From Leucoraja erinacea (Eukaryota), in NCBI RefSeq assembly GCF_028641065.1, contig NC_073408.1, forward strand, positions 3,596,001 to 3,660,000: DNA of 64,000 nt, read 5' to 3'. This document shows positions 49,282-62,130 of this stretch, in pieces. The notes under the pieces are model-generated. The model did no database searches, was not told the origin of the DNA, and was given only the letters and a program-made list of their open reading frames with translations. How positions within the stretch are numbered: position 1 is the first letter of the stretch; each line of letters opens with the position of its first letter. A program made the translations under genes and the position numbers.

Positions 49282-49553
49282 TGTGAATGGAGAATTTGCT
49301 GAAATATCTACCAAATTGTTAAAGGTATCTATGTAGAAGATGGGTATATTTCTTATTGCTAAAAGTAACAAAGGTATTGAAGGAGGTGGGAAGGCTACTA
49401 AAGTGGATGATCAGCCACGACTTGTGTTGATTGGCACAAGCACGTGGCTGAATTGCCTACAACTATTTTATCAAGGGCCTGGTTTATTAAGAATTGTTTA
49501 AAAACATCATGACATTGTCCTTCAGTTCTAACAGTCTGTTTTTGTATCCTCAG

Positions 49554-52500
49554 GCCCAATCACAGAATACAGAAACTGAAGATTTTTTTTTTTTTTTTTG
49601 CCTGTTCCGGAACACATCATTTCTTGGGATACCCTTCTCTTTTCTTTGTCTAAGACAACACCAAACTCCCATTTTCCTTTGTTTGATGACACAAAGTGTA
49701 GTTCCTGATTTGTGAAGGACCATTTCTTCCTGAGCTCGTATGGTTTGCACTGTGTGCAGGGAGTGGACAACTATTGCACTAACTGGCACGGGAGATCTAG
49801 ACTAAGTAGCACTGAAGAGCTGAACTGAACAGTGAACAGCACACTTTGTTGTATTCTTTTTCCTTCCTTCCCCTCCTTTTACCCCTCCATTTTTTGTTTT
49901 GCTGAAGCCACTGACCAGGATATTCATCTGATGGCTTCTCAACTTCTCCCAGTGCACGTACTCGTCAGTCTTAGGCTACAAAGATTTTATGGTATTTGTA
50001 TAAAGTGCCTTAAGGTGATGCAGGACCATATGAATACCATCCCTATGTTATAGTCATCCATTTTTTGAGGGGGAGGGTGGGGTGTTTAGGGGGGGGGGGT
50101 GGGAGGGATTGGGTTGTAACTCAAGGTTTATGTGACATTAACTTCATCTGTTTCCATTGGTGAGAGTAAAATGGAATGTATTGGTGGGGGAAGTGAAGAA
50201 TCTGCAAGATTTTAGATATTTTTAATTTTTGAAAGGGGCTATTTTCTTGGAGAAGTTGAGCTGGAACTCCAGATGAGATGTCATCTTGATGTATATATGT
50301 TAAATATGTTGGGGCTAATTTTGTTGCATTTGCGCTCAGAAGGAAAGCTTGCATTGTGCATTTTAATTTTGTTCACGGAGGTTTCCCAGAAGACTCCAAG
50401 CATGACCCTAGCAGAACACTAAGAATCCCACTCCTTCCCTACCTTCCATCTCTTAGACTTGAATGTAGACTGTTCTGCAGCAACTGAACTTGGACTCGGA
50501 AACTTCTAAACACAGGCATCCATTTTCCTTCTGACAGCAAGATGAAGTGTGTCCCACAAAAGATTGATGTGTATACACCTGTAAACATGTAAATACGTTT
50601 TTTCTATCATCTTGTTACCTTTGATAAAAATAATTACTAGTTACTGGGGCTGGTAGGAAATGGGTAGCATGTTGCTGTGAACTAAAGCTGTGAAGGGCAC
50701 TGTTGCATGCAGCACCAACATCATAGCTGATTTCTATCAGCTCAATGTAAATACAGCAAGCAATCTATAATCAGAAGTTGGTAACATGGGACACAATCTC
50801 AATTTATGAATTGAAATATTTGGATATAGTGACTACACAAAACCTTTGACGACCAGACAGTAAGCACTGAACTGATTGATAAATGAGATCTTTTTAGATA
50901 TAAATCTTCTTCCCTGCATAATTCCCTCTTCACTTCCTCCCCCATTTGCTGAAGGAAAGGTACCATCTTGCTGTGAAGCAAGAAAAACATAATGAACCAA
51001 TTAAGGAGCAGCAGCCAGCTGAATCGAGACATTAGTGACTGAAAACTCAAAGAAAAAATAAAATGGGTGTAAGAATTGTACTGGTAACTAATGCAGAACT
51101 TGCCCCAGCCATCCATGGCTAAAGCCATCCATCCCTTTCGAATGTTAAGGAGATTGGAACAACTCGTTTTTATTTGGATGTATGCATTCTGTTGAGATTT
51201 TCATCACCAACAAATCTGCTGCCTATCCATTGGGGTTCAAGAGGATCATGGATTTGGAAGGGGGTTAATTTAAAAAAAAAAACACCCAATTTCCCAGTCC
51301 AATTTCTCAACATTTTCAGTGTTTCCATTTTTGAGGAGCTGGTTTTGTTACATGCAGCAGGAAGGTCTGTAGAATAAAAGAGCTTGGCACAGTCCAACCC
51401 ACATGGCGATGGTCTGAGCAGCATATTGCTCTAATCCCATATAAATGTTTCCATTATGTGATGGACAGTCACTGTTTTGATGTGGAGAAGTAGGTCCTGC
51501 TGGACTCTAGTATTGACCGCTCCAGTCCTTAAACACACCCATGTAAGAAATGTGTATATTTCAAGTTATTTGGACCTCTGGAATAAATCCTGGAGCCAAT
51601 TTATTTGGACAAATGATCTTTTTCGTTTCACTCTTTCCCTGCCCACTCTGCCCATTATCTAGATCTCATCCCGTTCATAAAGTAGGTTTTATGCTGAAAT
51701 TTGGAGATTTTATTTTGTAACAATAATTGTGAAAATGATAGGATGCCATTACCTCTACTTTTGAACCCTTTTGAGCATTGGTAATGGTATTGTATCTAAA
51801 AATTCAAGATTTTTCCACGGGTGTTCAGGTGTATATTGGTTTAACTTTAGTTATACTGACATGTTCTGTGTCCATTTAAATATTTTTAGTATATTATCTG
51901 ACTGACACATTGGACAATAGTTTTTCTCTTCTTTTTTTTTTTTCCTGGAAGCAAATGTCTAATCTTTGTGTTGTTGCCTGTTGCTGTGCCCCTCACAGTG
52001 TGCTGGTCGATTGGCCTGATGTACAGGCAGTGTAAAGCAATGGGTCAAAATAGTTTGCAAATATCCTCCAGCCTGAGTAACAACTGTCTCAGAGGCACCT
52101 ATACTTCTAACCAACTTCTGCACTCTCAAACCATCTTAATTTGGAATCTAAATGAACAGTCATTGCTGGAAGAATCCTTTTGAGTTCTGAAATCCTGTTG
52201 GTCAAAGATCAGCAGGGTGACTCTGTGTCCCCATTGAATTTAATGCTAGCTTCTGTACTGAAGTCCAGGGAAGAGAAACTGCAGTTTGGATACTTTGAAA
52301 TTAATTATTTTTCAAAACTACTCTTGCTGTAGTTATGATGCTGGCAAACACCCATGAGTCCATAAATCCCGGAGGTGACTTCTTTGGAGTGTTGGATTGC
52401 TGGTGGTTCATCCTCCTGAAATTCCAATCAGTTGTGTTATATGGTGGGGCCCTGGTGATGGACCATTGGATTCTTCCATTATTTACTTCCTTTTTGCTTT

Positions 52501-54053
52501 GTGAAGTGAACATCCATTTTGCAAATACTTGGGAGTTGGTATGAGAGAGTGCAGAAGTAGTTCAGGACTAGAATACATCGAGTGTAATCCATGCATAAAT
52601 AGGCACCTTGCACTTAAGTGCAATAAACATTTTGTGCTTTATATTGCCAACTATTTGTTATTGGGATTTTTGAGTTTAACAAATTTGCACCTGCTTTTCG
52701 AAGAGTAGATTCTAAGCATGTATAGGTGCCTCTTGGACAGACATCCATTTTGTTAATGTGCAAAAATTATAGGGTTTACAAGATTTAAAATGCTGTAAGA
52801 TAGTGTCAGTAGCAGAAAGCTGTGTTAATGGAAAGACTTGAGCATGGGTACCAGCTGTGTAAACATCTCCAGTTCTACAGGTACTTCATTTTAAAACAGC
52901 TGTTATAGCAGGTTGGGATTAGGGAGTGGGTGAGAGGAGGAATTGTATTGTGACTTTCTTCATCCACAGTTTAAAAGACGAGGGGATTGTTCCACACACT
53001 CACTTCCCACCTTGTAAATAAAGACCAGACGGCAGTGTGCACATCAGACGCAAAGCTTGTGTTGGACTTTGAGCGTATGCACTGCCATCATTAACAAACA
53101 AACCTGGTGCCATGGTTTAACAATCCCTTCTGAAGCACAGATAAGTTGGAAATGTGTAGTAGTATTAAATGCTTGGCGCCTCCTTTTAAGGGTTGGCACT
53201 TAACTAGACTATCCCCTTCATGGCTACAGGTGTTGGTCGCTATCGGGGGATGGCAAGACTATGTCGGAGTATACAAACCTGTTTAAGATTGGGAAAGATG
53301 CTTTGTTACCGTTGTTGAGTGTAATCGGATCTCTGCCTCAACAATGTTTTTCTAATTTGTAAGCCAGGAAAGTAGCAGGTAACAGCAGATGTCTACAACA
53401 AACTGCTTTAAGAACTTAGTCGTTTACAGCTCTAAGAGTAATTAAGAGTAATAGTCTCCATCTTCACTGAGTCGTTAAGCGGGAAAATAATACAAAAGGG
53501 TTGTACTGTGAAATACTAAGTTTAATAGCAGGTGACTGGCTTCTTGAGAATTTTGCAAATTTTTTTGGGGGGGTGGGAGGGGTTAACATTTTAATGTTTA
53601 TAGAATGAGATGAAAGCATCTTTCCCTTTTTATTCTCCGCGGCATGTTTCTGATGTGTGAAGTAACTAAACATTGGCTTGCAATGTCATCAATAAGCCCT
53701 TCACACATGAGCTGAAAGTCATCTCATTCTATTTATATATGTGTAATTGGGTGGGTGGTTCTGCTGTTCCAAGGACTTCATCTGCACAGACAGTGAGCAC
53801 TTAAAACCTGGCATACCTGTGGTGTGATAAGTGAGGAAATTTCACAGAGATAGAAACTGGATGCTAAGGTGCCCCATCATGGCCATTTGACGTCAAACCA
53901 TTTTGTTAATATACACCAAATGTGGTCAGTTATTTTAACTTTAATTTTTATACCCCCATCCCTCTATTTTAGTTTGTTTGGAAAGGTGATGGTGTATGTG
54001 GTGGGAGATCTTTAGGCAGGATGGAGCTCTTTTCATTGTGCAGATGTTGTTCT

Positions 54054-54096
<43 letters not shown>

Positions 54097-54700
54097 GAGA
54101 GAATGGGATTGGATGGGGTCGGGAGTTATTGAAATAATGCCATATGTATATGGATCTTTACCAAAGGGAGGGGGGGAGGGTGCAACAGGGCTGGGTTTAA
54201 AACAAATTATAAAGGCAAACCTGTCCCATTTCAGTGTTCAAGAAAAAAAATCTTAATGTTTCCCCAATTTGAACAAAGTTCCTTAAATTGGCGGCTTAAA
54301 ATGAAAGCATAATTTAAACCCATTGCATTAAGAATACTGAAATGATAGGACTGTTAAATGGTGACACGTGGAAACAAATAGTGTTGCAAGTATGAAACAG
54401 AGTCTACTTTAAAAAAAAAACATTTGATTTCCTATTATGAGTATAATTGGCTTGAATATTCCAGTGAAATAAAAATAACTTTACTTTTGAACCAGAACTT
54501 TTCTTTAAAGCTGATGCTGTATGGACCGGTTATGAAGAGATTTGGATACTTATTCAGAATGAGTTGAGAGGTTGTTTAGAGAAAGCTACAGAGTTGCAAT
54601 TTTGTTCATTTCAATAAAAACTCACTGGAATCTAATTGTGTATCTGTGTTTTAATTGATCTGCTTGAAACCGAATGAGCAATAAACTTTGTAGTGCAACT
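49554..54700 (+). other. DDX6: Probable DDX6 terminal 3'UTR exon
   Basis: Branch-like TTCTAAC 49526-49532, pyrimidine tract and CAG 49551-49553. About 5 kb with no recognisable repeats in a repeat-dense region. AATAAA at 54613 and 54680 just before repeats resume near 54856. Confidence 0.65.
54054..54095 (+). repeat. G42 homopolymer
   Basis: Directly visible run. The exact length is unreliable in assemblies. Confidence 0.9.
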
Positions 54701-55442
54701 TTTGCTGTGTGAGACAGAATCCAGGATTTCAATGTTTGGCCTGAGCCAGTACCAAACAGCATCGGAAGTGCTGATGTATATTTGTTACCCTGGATTTGAG
54801 AAGGATGGATTTGAATTTGTCCATTGAAGAACAAGTTTCTGGGGCTGAATTATATGTCTGAAGAAGGGTCTCGACCCAAAATGTCACTCATTCCTTCTCT
54901 CTGGAGATGCTGCATGTCCTGCTGAGTTACTCCAGCTTTTTGTGTCTGTGTGATTCAAAAAATATTGTTTGAGAGAACTTGGCAGATACGCATTCGCAAG
55001 TATGCATTCACCCAGAGGAACAAAAAACTGAAAAGTGGAGAAAGGTTGAAAACATAATCAAAACTTTGCGACAAGTCATACATCTAGAATCACTTCTTTC
55101 CCACTAGACCCCATCACCTCCAGGATTAAAAAAAAAATCTAATCAATTTATGTAACTTTTTGTTTTTTTCTTTAATTGGACTTATCTACTTCTGCTGTGT
55201 CATATAAATTCCAAGGAACTATTGTTTTCAATGTCTTGCATATTTGCCATTTTTATTTATTTTCTATGTTATACTGACCCAACCCGTTCGTGCCAACCAA
55301 GCTGCCCCATTTACACTAATCCTACCTGATCATGTTTGGCCAAATCTCTCAATCTTTCCCATCCATATACTTGTTCAAATGTCTTTTAAATGTTGTTATT
55401 GTACCTGCCTCGACTACCATCACTCGCAGCTTGTTCCATAAA

Positions 55443-56138
55443 GGCCTGGATGTCACTGAACTTTTTAAAATTTAATGATGACAAGACGGAGGTAATGATC
55501 TTTGGTGGCACCTCTGTCCCCTTGTTGATCTAGGCTCTTTGTCTGCATATCTCAAACCTAACATCACGAACCTGGGGATTAAAGTGGACCCTGAGTTTAG
55601 ATTTGACTGTCAGGTGAGGGCTGTTGTTAAATCTGTTTTTTTTTCCATCTGAGGCAGCTGGCAAAAATAAAGCCGATTTTGTCAAGGCAGCACTTTGAGA
55701 CGGTAATCCATGCCTTTGTTACCACCCGGCTGGATTACTGCAATGCACTGTATGTGGGGGTTAGTCGGTCCTCCATCGCCCGTCTCCAGATGGTACAGAA
55801 TGCAGCTGTTCGTCTCTTGACAGGCACACGAAAGCATGATCATGTTTCACACCTTTTGGCCTCTCCATGTGCCTTCTTGTAGACCAGTTGCGGGTGTTGG
55901 AATTGTTTTTATTAACTTTTAATTTGCTTGGTGTTTGCTGCTGCGTTGTTCGTACTCGTGTTTTATATTTTTTAATTTATTGTTTGGATTTTTTGTATGT
56001 AATTTATGCGCCTTGTGTTAGTTGTACGTTCTGTTGTTCTGCCTGTTTTATGATGTCTTGCTTGTTTTCTTTTTTCTGTACAGCACTTTGGTCAGCTTTG
56101 GTTGTTTTTAAGGTGCTTAACAAATAAAGTTATTATTA
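55443..56138 (+). mobile_element. L2 LINE fragment inserted in a minus-strand CR1 (about 55270-56440)
   Basis: ETVIHAFVTTRLDYCNAL...RLQMVQNAAVRLLTG, then AATAAAG(TTA)n tail. Confidence 0.85.
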
Positions 56139-57431
56139 TAAACCCACCACCCTCTGTGTGGGGGGTGGGGGGGTGGGGGAAGGTTGCCCCTCTGAAGTTG
56201 ACCCCCTGCCTTAACTCTATTCCCTCTGCTTCAATGTTCACCTATCTTGGAAAAAGAGCCTTTGTATTCACATTATCTCCCTACTGATTGTATGCATCTA
56301 TAAGATCAACTCTCTGGAATGATGTGTGCAAAGGAATAAAGTCCCAGCCTGCCCAACCTCTCCCTCTATCTCAGGCCCTCAATTTGTGAAACATCCTTCT
56401 GAATCTTCTCTGCTTCCTTTCCAGCTTAATGGCACTATTATGCGAGTGCCTTTCATGAGAGAATGCATCATTTTTAAGATCTCCCCTTGCAATAGGGCAT
56501 GCAAACTTTTTAGTTTGTGCATAATTTATTGTAGAACATCTGCTAAAGGGAGTAAAGTGTAGATTTCAAGTATTGGCGTTTGCATATTCTGTGCCCTCCC
56601 GTCTGCTGGACATTCAAGTTACAGGTCTTTTTGAATCTTCAGAACCATGAAAATGCAATGCAAACAGAATGGCCATGACTTTGTTGGGAACAGCAAATAA
56701 CCTTCTGAGCTCTGGTTTGAGAGTACTTGCTCAAGGGTAGTAACCACCAACAAAATACTTCTGACAACTTTAAAGGATCTTCCTGGCCAATTAGGGGGGG
56801 GTATTTTAGTCAAAATAGTGATAAATACCGTTTAGGCTCGGTTTATGACTTTAAAACCCAACAACCCTTTTTAATATTAGATACATGATATTTTATATTT
56901 ATATCCTTTTGCCTGTTTTTTGAATGATTTATTTATTTTTGTTAGCTGAATTTAGGTCGTTTGGTTCGCGATGCACAGATTTGGATAATCGAGAATTTTG
57001 CATTAGCCAATTTATTTTTGCTACAAGGAGTCATACTGGCATACTTCCACACCTTGCACTCAATGAGTATCCTACACAAAAAACCCCACAGCTCATCCTG
57101 CATGTGTATCCTCAGCACAAGCAGCTGCCTGGATCTTGATATTGTGAGACAAAATGTAATAACACTCATCTTCTTGCTGCCAGGGATATAGAGGCTGGGA
57201 GAAAGTAAACCTAATGGTACTTGTGAGCAGTGCTGCAACTTGGGGTAGTTCTCAAAAGTTTTGAGATTTCGGCACAAATGGAAAGAGGATTTTGCAGGAA
57301 AATTAAACGATAGGTTTAATGCCATTCATTGCAATATTTCATTGTAATGTTACCCTTGAACTTTGAGAGGAATGTTGGCTCCGCCCCCCGTTTGGAACTT
57401 TGTACTTTTCATTTCCTGCCGTGTTCTTTCA

Positions 57432-57539
57432 ATGCTGCTGAACTAACTTTGGGGCCGGGCTCTTTCATTTGTGACATTCGTCGATTATGGCTCTGAAGTC
57501 CAGGGAAAATGGATCCACGGGGCTTCCTCCTTGTGACAG
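57432..57539 (+). CDS. TREH: Probable trehalase exon 1 (signal peptide ...GLPPCD(S)), frame disrupted
   Basis: 57487-57539 reads MALKSRENGSTGLPPCD-AG|GTATGC, like vertebrate trehalase exon 1 ending PPPC(E/D)S. Upstream hydrophobic WGRALSFVTFV lies in another frame. GC box 57377-57387. Synteny with DDX6. Confidence 0.6.
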
Positions 57540-60500
57540 GTATGCATTTTCATTTTCCAGTTCTTAATACATAATGCACATATTCCAATATAAAAACAGT
57601 TCAAGAACAACACCCTTTGCATCTGCGATCTACTTTCTGTCTAGAATGAGGCCCTCCCTTGACCGCCCCCCCGTCGTTCAACCTATAACTATGTATTTTG
57701 CATGCTTGCTATAGTTCCCTATAATCTATCTATTTATTTAATTGGAGATTATGTCACTATATTCTTAATTTCTATAACTCCTACTTCTCTATTATGCCAT
57801 GTTCAACCTTTTTAACAATACCTCAACCCAACCTGGAAACTCAGCAGTTCGACCGGTGTGCAATGTGAATAAGCTGAGAGTCCTGTTCATCATATCACTT
57901 ATTTAGTGAACTGGATTATCAACATTCTGCACATTTATGTAATCTGAAAACTTTACCCCCCCCACTAAGTGACATTTACAAATCAATGCATGCTGATTGC
58001 TATTTTGATTAATCATGGCGTACGTATTTATTGGTTAAATGGTCATTTAGAACATGAATTATGAGATCGTTTCCACCCGACATGCCGCCCAATTGCCATT
58101 TGGAAAAATACTCACCCACCTGGGCTGGCTTACCGCCAATCAATAGCAATAGAAGACCACCCTTGGTCATTTTAATATGTAACGGACTACACCGTAGCTC
58201 CAGATATAACTGTATCAAATTCTTTGTTGATAGTGTACCCATGGAAATCATGAATGTGACTAATTTAATCTGATGGTGTAACCAGACTGTACATCTGCAA
58301 AAAATTAGCCAAGAACTGCAAGTATATATTAATTCGTTCAAATTCTTTTTAGAAGATTCAGCATCTTTAAGACTTAGTAGACACGAAATGCTACGAGTAC
58401 CTTTCAGTCGACGCGGCAGCAGACATTCCTGCCCCCCGGATGCAAAAGGAGGAATCTGTGCTGTGACGTTTTTCAGACTGATGTTGGGGGGACGGGCAGA
58501 GACTTGAACGAGGAAACTAGCAGAGTAATGACAAAGGTTCAGAACAAATCCTGAAGCCTGGCAACTTACTGGATGACCAAGCAAACGGATGGGAAGCAGT
58601 CCCCACATGGTCTCCATTGTTGGCCCTGGTTGTGGAGGATGTGATAACGAACTGGGATATCAGTCTGCAATCATGGGAAATAGACAGCGACGTATCATAC
58701 TGTTGGTGGGGAAGGGGGTGGAGGAAATGGAAAAGCAAGGCTATGCTTTGAAATACGAGCTGAGAAATTCCATATATCATCACCGAGAGGTGTGTCGGTG
58801 AGCTGCACTTAAATCTAAAGCGAGATTAGCGAATTGGCCTCAATGAATTCAGAAGGCCAGATCCCTCGTCTGGACACAAACATTACCTGAGTTAGCCATA
58901 ACGTCAACACCCTTGAATATTGGATAGTAGTGCTTGTTGAAATTTTACTAAATCGAAGCATAAAGTGAAGAGCATTTTTTTGGTCAACATACTTCAATGA
59001 GTATGGAATTACTTCTGCAGCCACTCTGCACCGGATTTTATCACATGTGCCTCTACTAGAACTGGAGTGAAAACATTGCCCGGCGTGTGCCACAAGCAAT
59101 CCATAATTTTTCTTAAATTTGAGCCCACCTGAATTAACTCAGTAGGAGTCAGCTTACAACTTGATGTATTTAATCCATACTCCTTGAGCATGGCTAGCTA
59201 AGTCCCCAACAAACAAATTAGAAATTAATATCATTGCCACAGGACTGTTGTTCATTGGCATCATCTAATTTAGTTATAGCTTAGAGACTACAGCAATGAA
59301 AACAGCGCACTTCGCCCATAGCCCTTTATGTTTAAGCTTAACAGATACCTGCATGAAAACAGGCCCCTATCATCCGGGCCTTACACTAGCTTCACTCCTA
59401 CACCCTAAGCGAATAACTTTGCCAATAGAGTGCAACGAGAGTAGTTAGCAGTCGTGCGCCCTTAGCATGCGCCGCCTTAAAGGGATCAGGGAGGCTTATG
59501 CGAGAGTAAGAGCCAAGGTAACAGGATACTGCAGCTTGGATAGGCATTAAGGCCTTCCAGCATAGGGCCTAGAATGGCCTAATATCATGCACCTATTTTA
59601 CTATGTTTACGAACGAAGCCCAATTAATCTACACAACTCAGAACAATGTCCTTTGCGAGGTGTGGGAAGCAAACCGGAGCCCCACTCAACCGACAAATGC
59701 AAAAATCCAACAGTCAGCATGGCGAATGAAGCTTACAAATCTACATGCAACCAGTCCAGACATCGATGTGGTTGCGGATTGAACCCGCGCATCCTCGTGG
59801 GCTCTACTGGCGACTGTGAGGGCAGTAATCTCCACTAGACTGTGACCATTCTCCGCCCTAAACGTTGCTTTGATATTTAGACAAAAAGAAATTGCCAGAC
59901 AGTTATTCAATTGCGGGTTCCTCATGAATAAGCCTTGTGTTTGAAATGTCAGTCACCCGCCTCACAAACCTGCTTCACATCATAGCTCAAAACAAAGTTA
60001 AACTGGTGCTACACTATTATTTAATAGACAGCATAGCAGGAGCTTGAGTTATCGCACCTATACCAACGCATGAATGTTCCTTATCCTTTGAGATATTTCC
60101 ACATCGCCAGGAACAATTAGCTCCTGGTCTTTGATAGGAAGATGATCAGTAGCTCTGGGAGAAAAGCCAGCCCAGAGATCATTCGCGAGAGAAATGGAAA
60201 ATATAATTGCGCCATCTACAATGAGAGGTCGAATTGAATCCCATAAGGCAGGGTTTTCCAAATCACGCATATTATAGCCTATTTTTGCATAATGTAATTT
60301 TTTTTGATGTGTGCGCAAGTGATTGTAAAGCAGGACCTAAGATGAGAATCTGCAAATCTCTGCTATGCTACAGTGCGAAATGCGGCATTTGCGGTCTAAA
60401 CTTTCAAATGATTTTTAAAGCGCCCCCTAAATTCTCACCCAAAGATGCTCATAGGCAATGATACTAGTTTCGGGACTTCGGCAAACGTGCAGAGTCATGT

Positions 60501-60647
60501 ACCGGCCGCCGCCTATAGATGACCATAATTATGATACTACTTCCAAGTTAGTTTTATGCCTCTGTCTTTATCTTATAGAGAGGTAATAGTAGCCTGGAAT
60601 ATTAATGCAGCAGTCTCATCGACAATTTCATATTTTCTATTCTGAAG

Positions 60648-60782
60648 CCTTATTAGTTGTACTGGATATTCTTCTGGACCAAGCTGCCAGACGGGCTAAA
60701 CTTTTCACAGTATGACAAGTATTCATTGTGGCTATGGGATGAATGAGAGGCAGGATGAACGGATAGAAAGCTGATGATCAGG
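60648..60782 (+). CDS. TREH: Probable trehalase exon 2, indel-garbled
   Basis: Codon blocks TGT ACT GGA / CTT CTG GAC CAA / CAG ACG / GCT AAA CTT TTC / GAC AAG TAT / GTG / ATG read C-T-G-x-L-L-D-Q-V-Q-T-A-K-L-F-x-D-D-K-Y-F-V-x-M once small indels are ignored. GTAAG donor at 60783. Confidence 0.6.
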
Positions 60783-61959
60783 GTAAGAGGCATCCTGAGG
60801 TTGAATGATTTCCCTTTGCTTAGGGTTCCAGCTATGAATTCTGACTGGTACAGCGTTCATCAAATTGCAAGCTTTGAAATAGTGTGACAATCTGTAATTC
60901 AGTTACTCTGCAATAGAAAGAATTCGCCAGGAAATAGGCCTTGCGAGTCGTTTGAAGTGCCCCCCCGTTGCTGTGCAGCCGCAAAGAGCAATAGTGTGAT
61001 GACTTCATCAATTCCATCGTTTCCCGACAGGCTGTCCCTGCTTCCATGCATCCCTCCGCTATCCCCTTTCTCTTCTCTCTGAGCATCTAAACGATTACCT
61101 CCATCTGAAAAACCCTGAAGACTCTTCGTTTTCTCTTGTACAATAGACAATAGGTGCAGGACTAGGCGCATTCGGTCCTTTGCAGCCCATCACTGCCCAT
61201 TCAATGTTATCCTGCATGAATTCATCATCCCCAATCAGATCCCCCCCCGTTCCCTGCACTGCGTCCCCCATATTCCCATAATTTTTAAAGCCCTATCTAG
61301 CTCTCTCTTGAAAGGCATCCAGAGTACCTGCCCTCCACTTCCCTCTGGGGCAGACGATGAGGGTATTACAAAGGAATCTAATCTAGTAAAACCACCATTC
61401 AAACCAAATTTTTTAAATAGAATTAATTCCTGTTCCTGTAGCTTCAACGTTTAGCTAGCCCCTAGACGAGGCCGCGCCATAAAACTCCATGCCATTTATC
61501 ATCTTGTAAATCCTCAAGAGAACTTGTCCTCCGATAATACTTCTTTTCAAGACGCAAAGATACCACAAAAAGGCTGGAAGAAACTCAAGAGGATGGGCAT
61601 GCAACAGACATACCTATGGAGCGCCTGAAGGCAAATAGTCAACGTTTGAAGGCCAGAAACCCTCTCCCCGTTTTTCTACTATATTTCCTTTGTCATCTTT
61701 AGCAGGTGCTTTGAGCTGTTGTAATTTTTGTTTGCAGATTGAAGGGTGGGCTCAAAACTTTTGGTTGCAAAATGATCTGATAGGATATTTAACTCAATTA
61801 TGCAATGGAGCCCGTCGATGTATGCTATTTCCCCAAAAGATTGTTGCTTCACTTTGAGAAGCCCTTGACGGATTTTGTTTGCTCTTGTTTTCCTCATGAT
61901 ACTGAAGGACTCTGCGGCCATCGTGTAGATAGCTTTTAAGAGCTAATTGCCAAGACCTC

Positions 61960-62130
61960 CTTGGAGATTCAGCTTCTGCCTATGCAGGCCTTCAATCGTC
62001 GCTGACTGCATAGCAAAACTGTACCATTTGCCTGAGCCCCAAGAATTTGCAAGCAGTTACAAAGGATTTGATGAACCAGGCAACTTGTCGCATTATAACG
62101 ATTTCAGGATGGATATCTTGCAGCAGTACT
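61960..62130 (+). CDS. TREH: Possible trehalase exon 3, garbled
   Basis: QAFN and QEFASSY..FDEPGN resemble the trehalase segment LxxFVxxYFxxPGxE. Boundaries cannot be resolved. Confidence 0.4.

Noticed and set aside
58009-58617. 202-aa minus-strand ORF
   Set aside because: No recognisable domain, overlaps a garbled Penelope remnant and lies in error-prone sequence.
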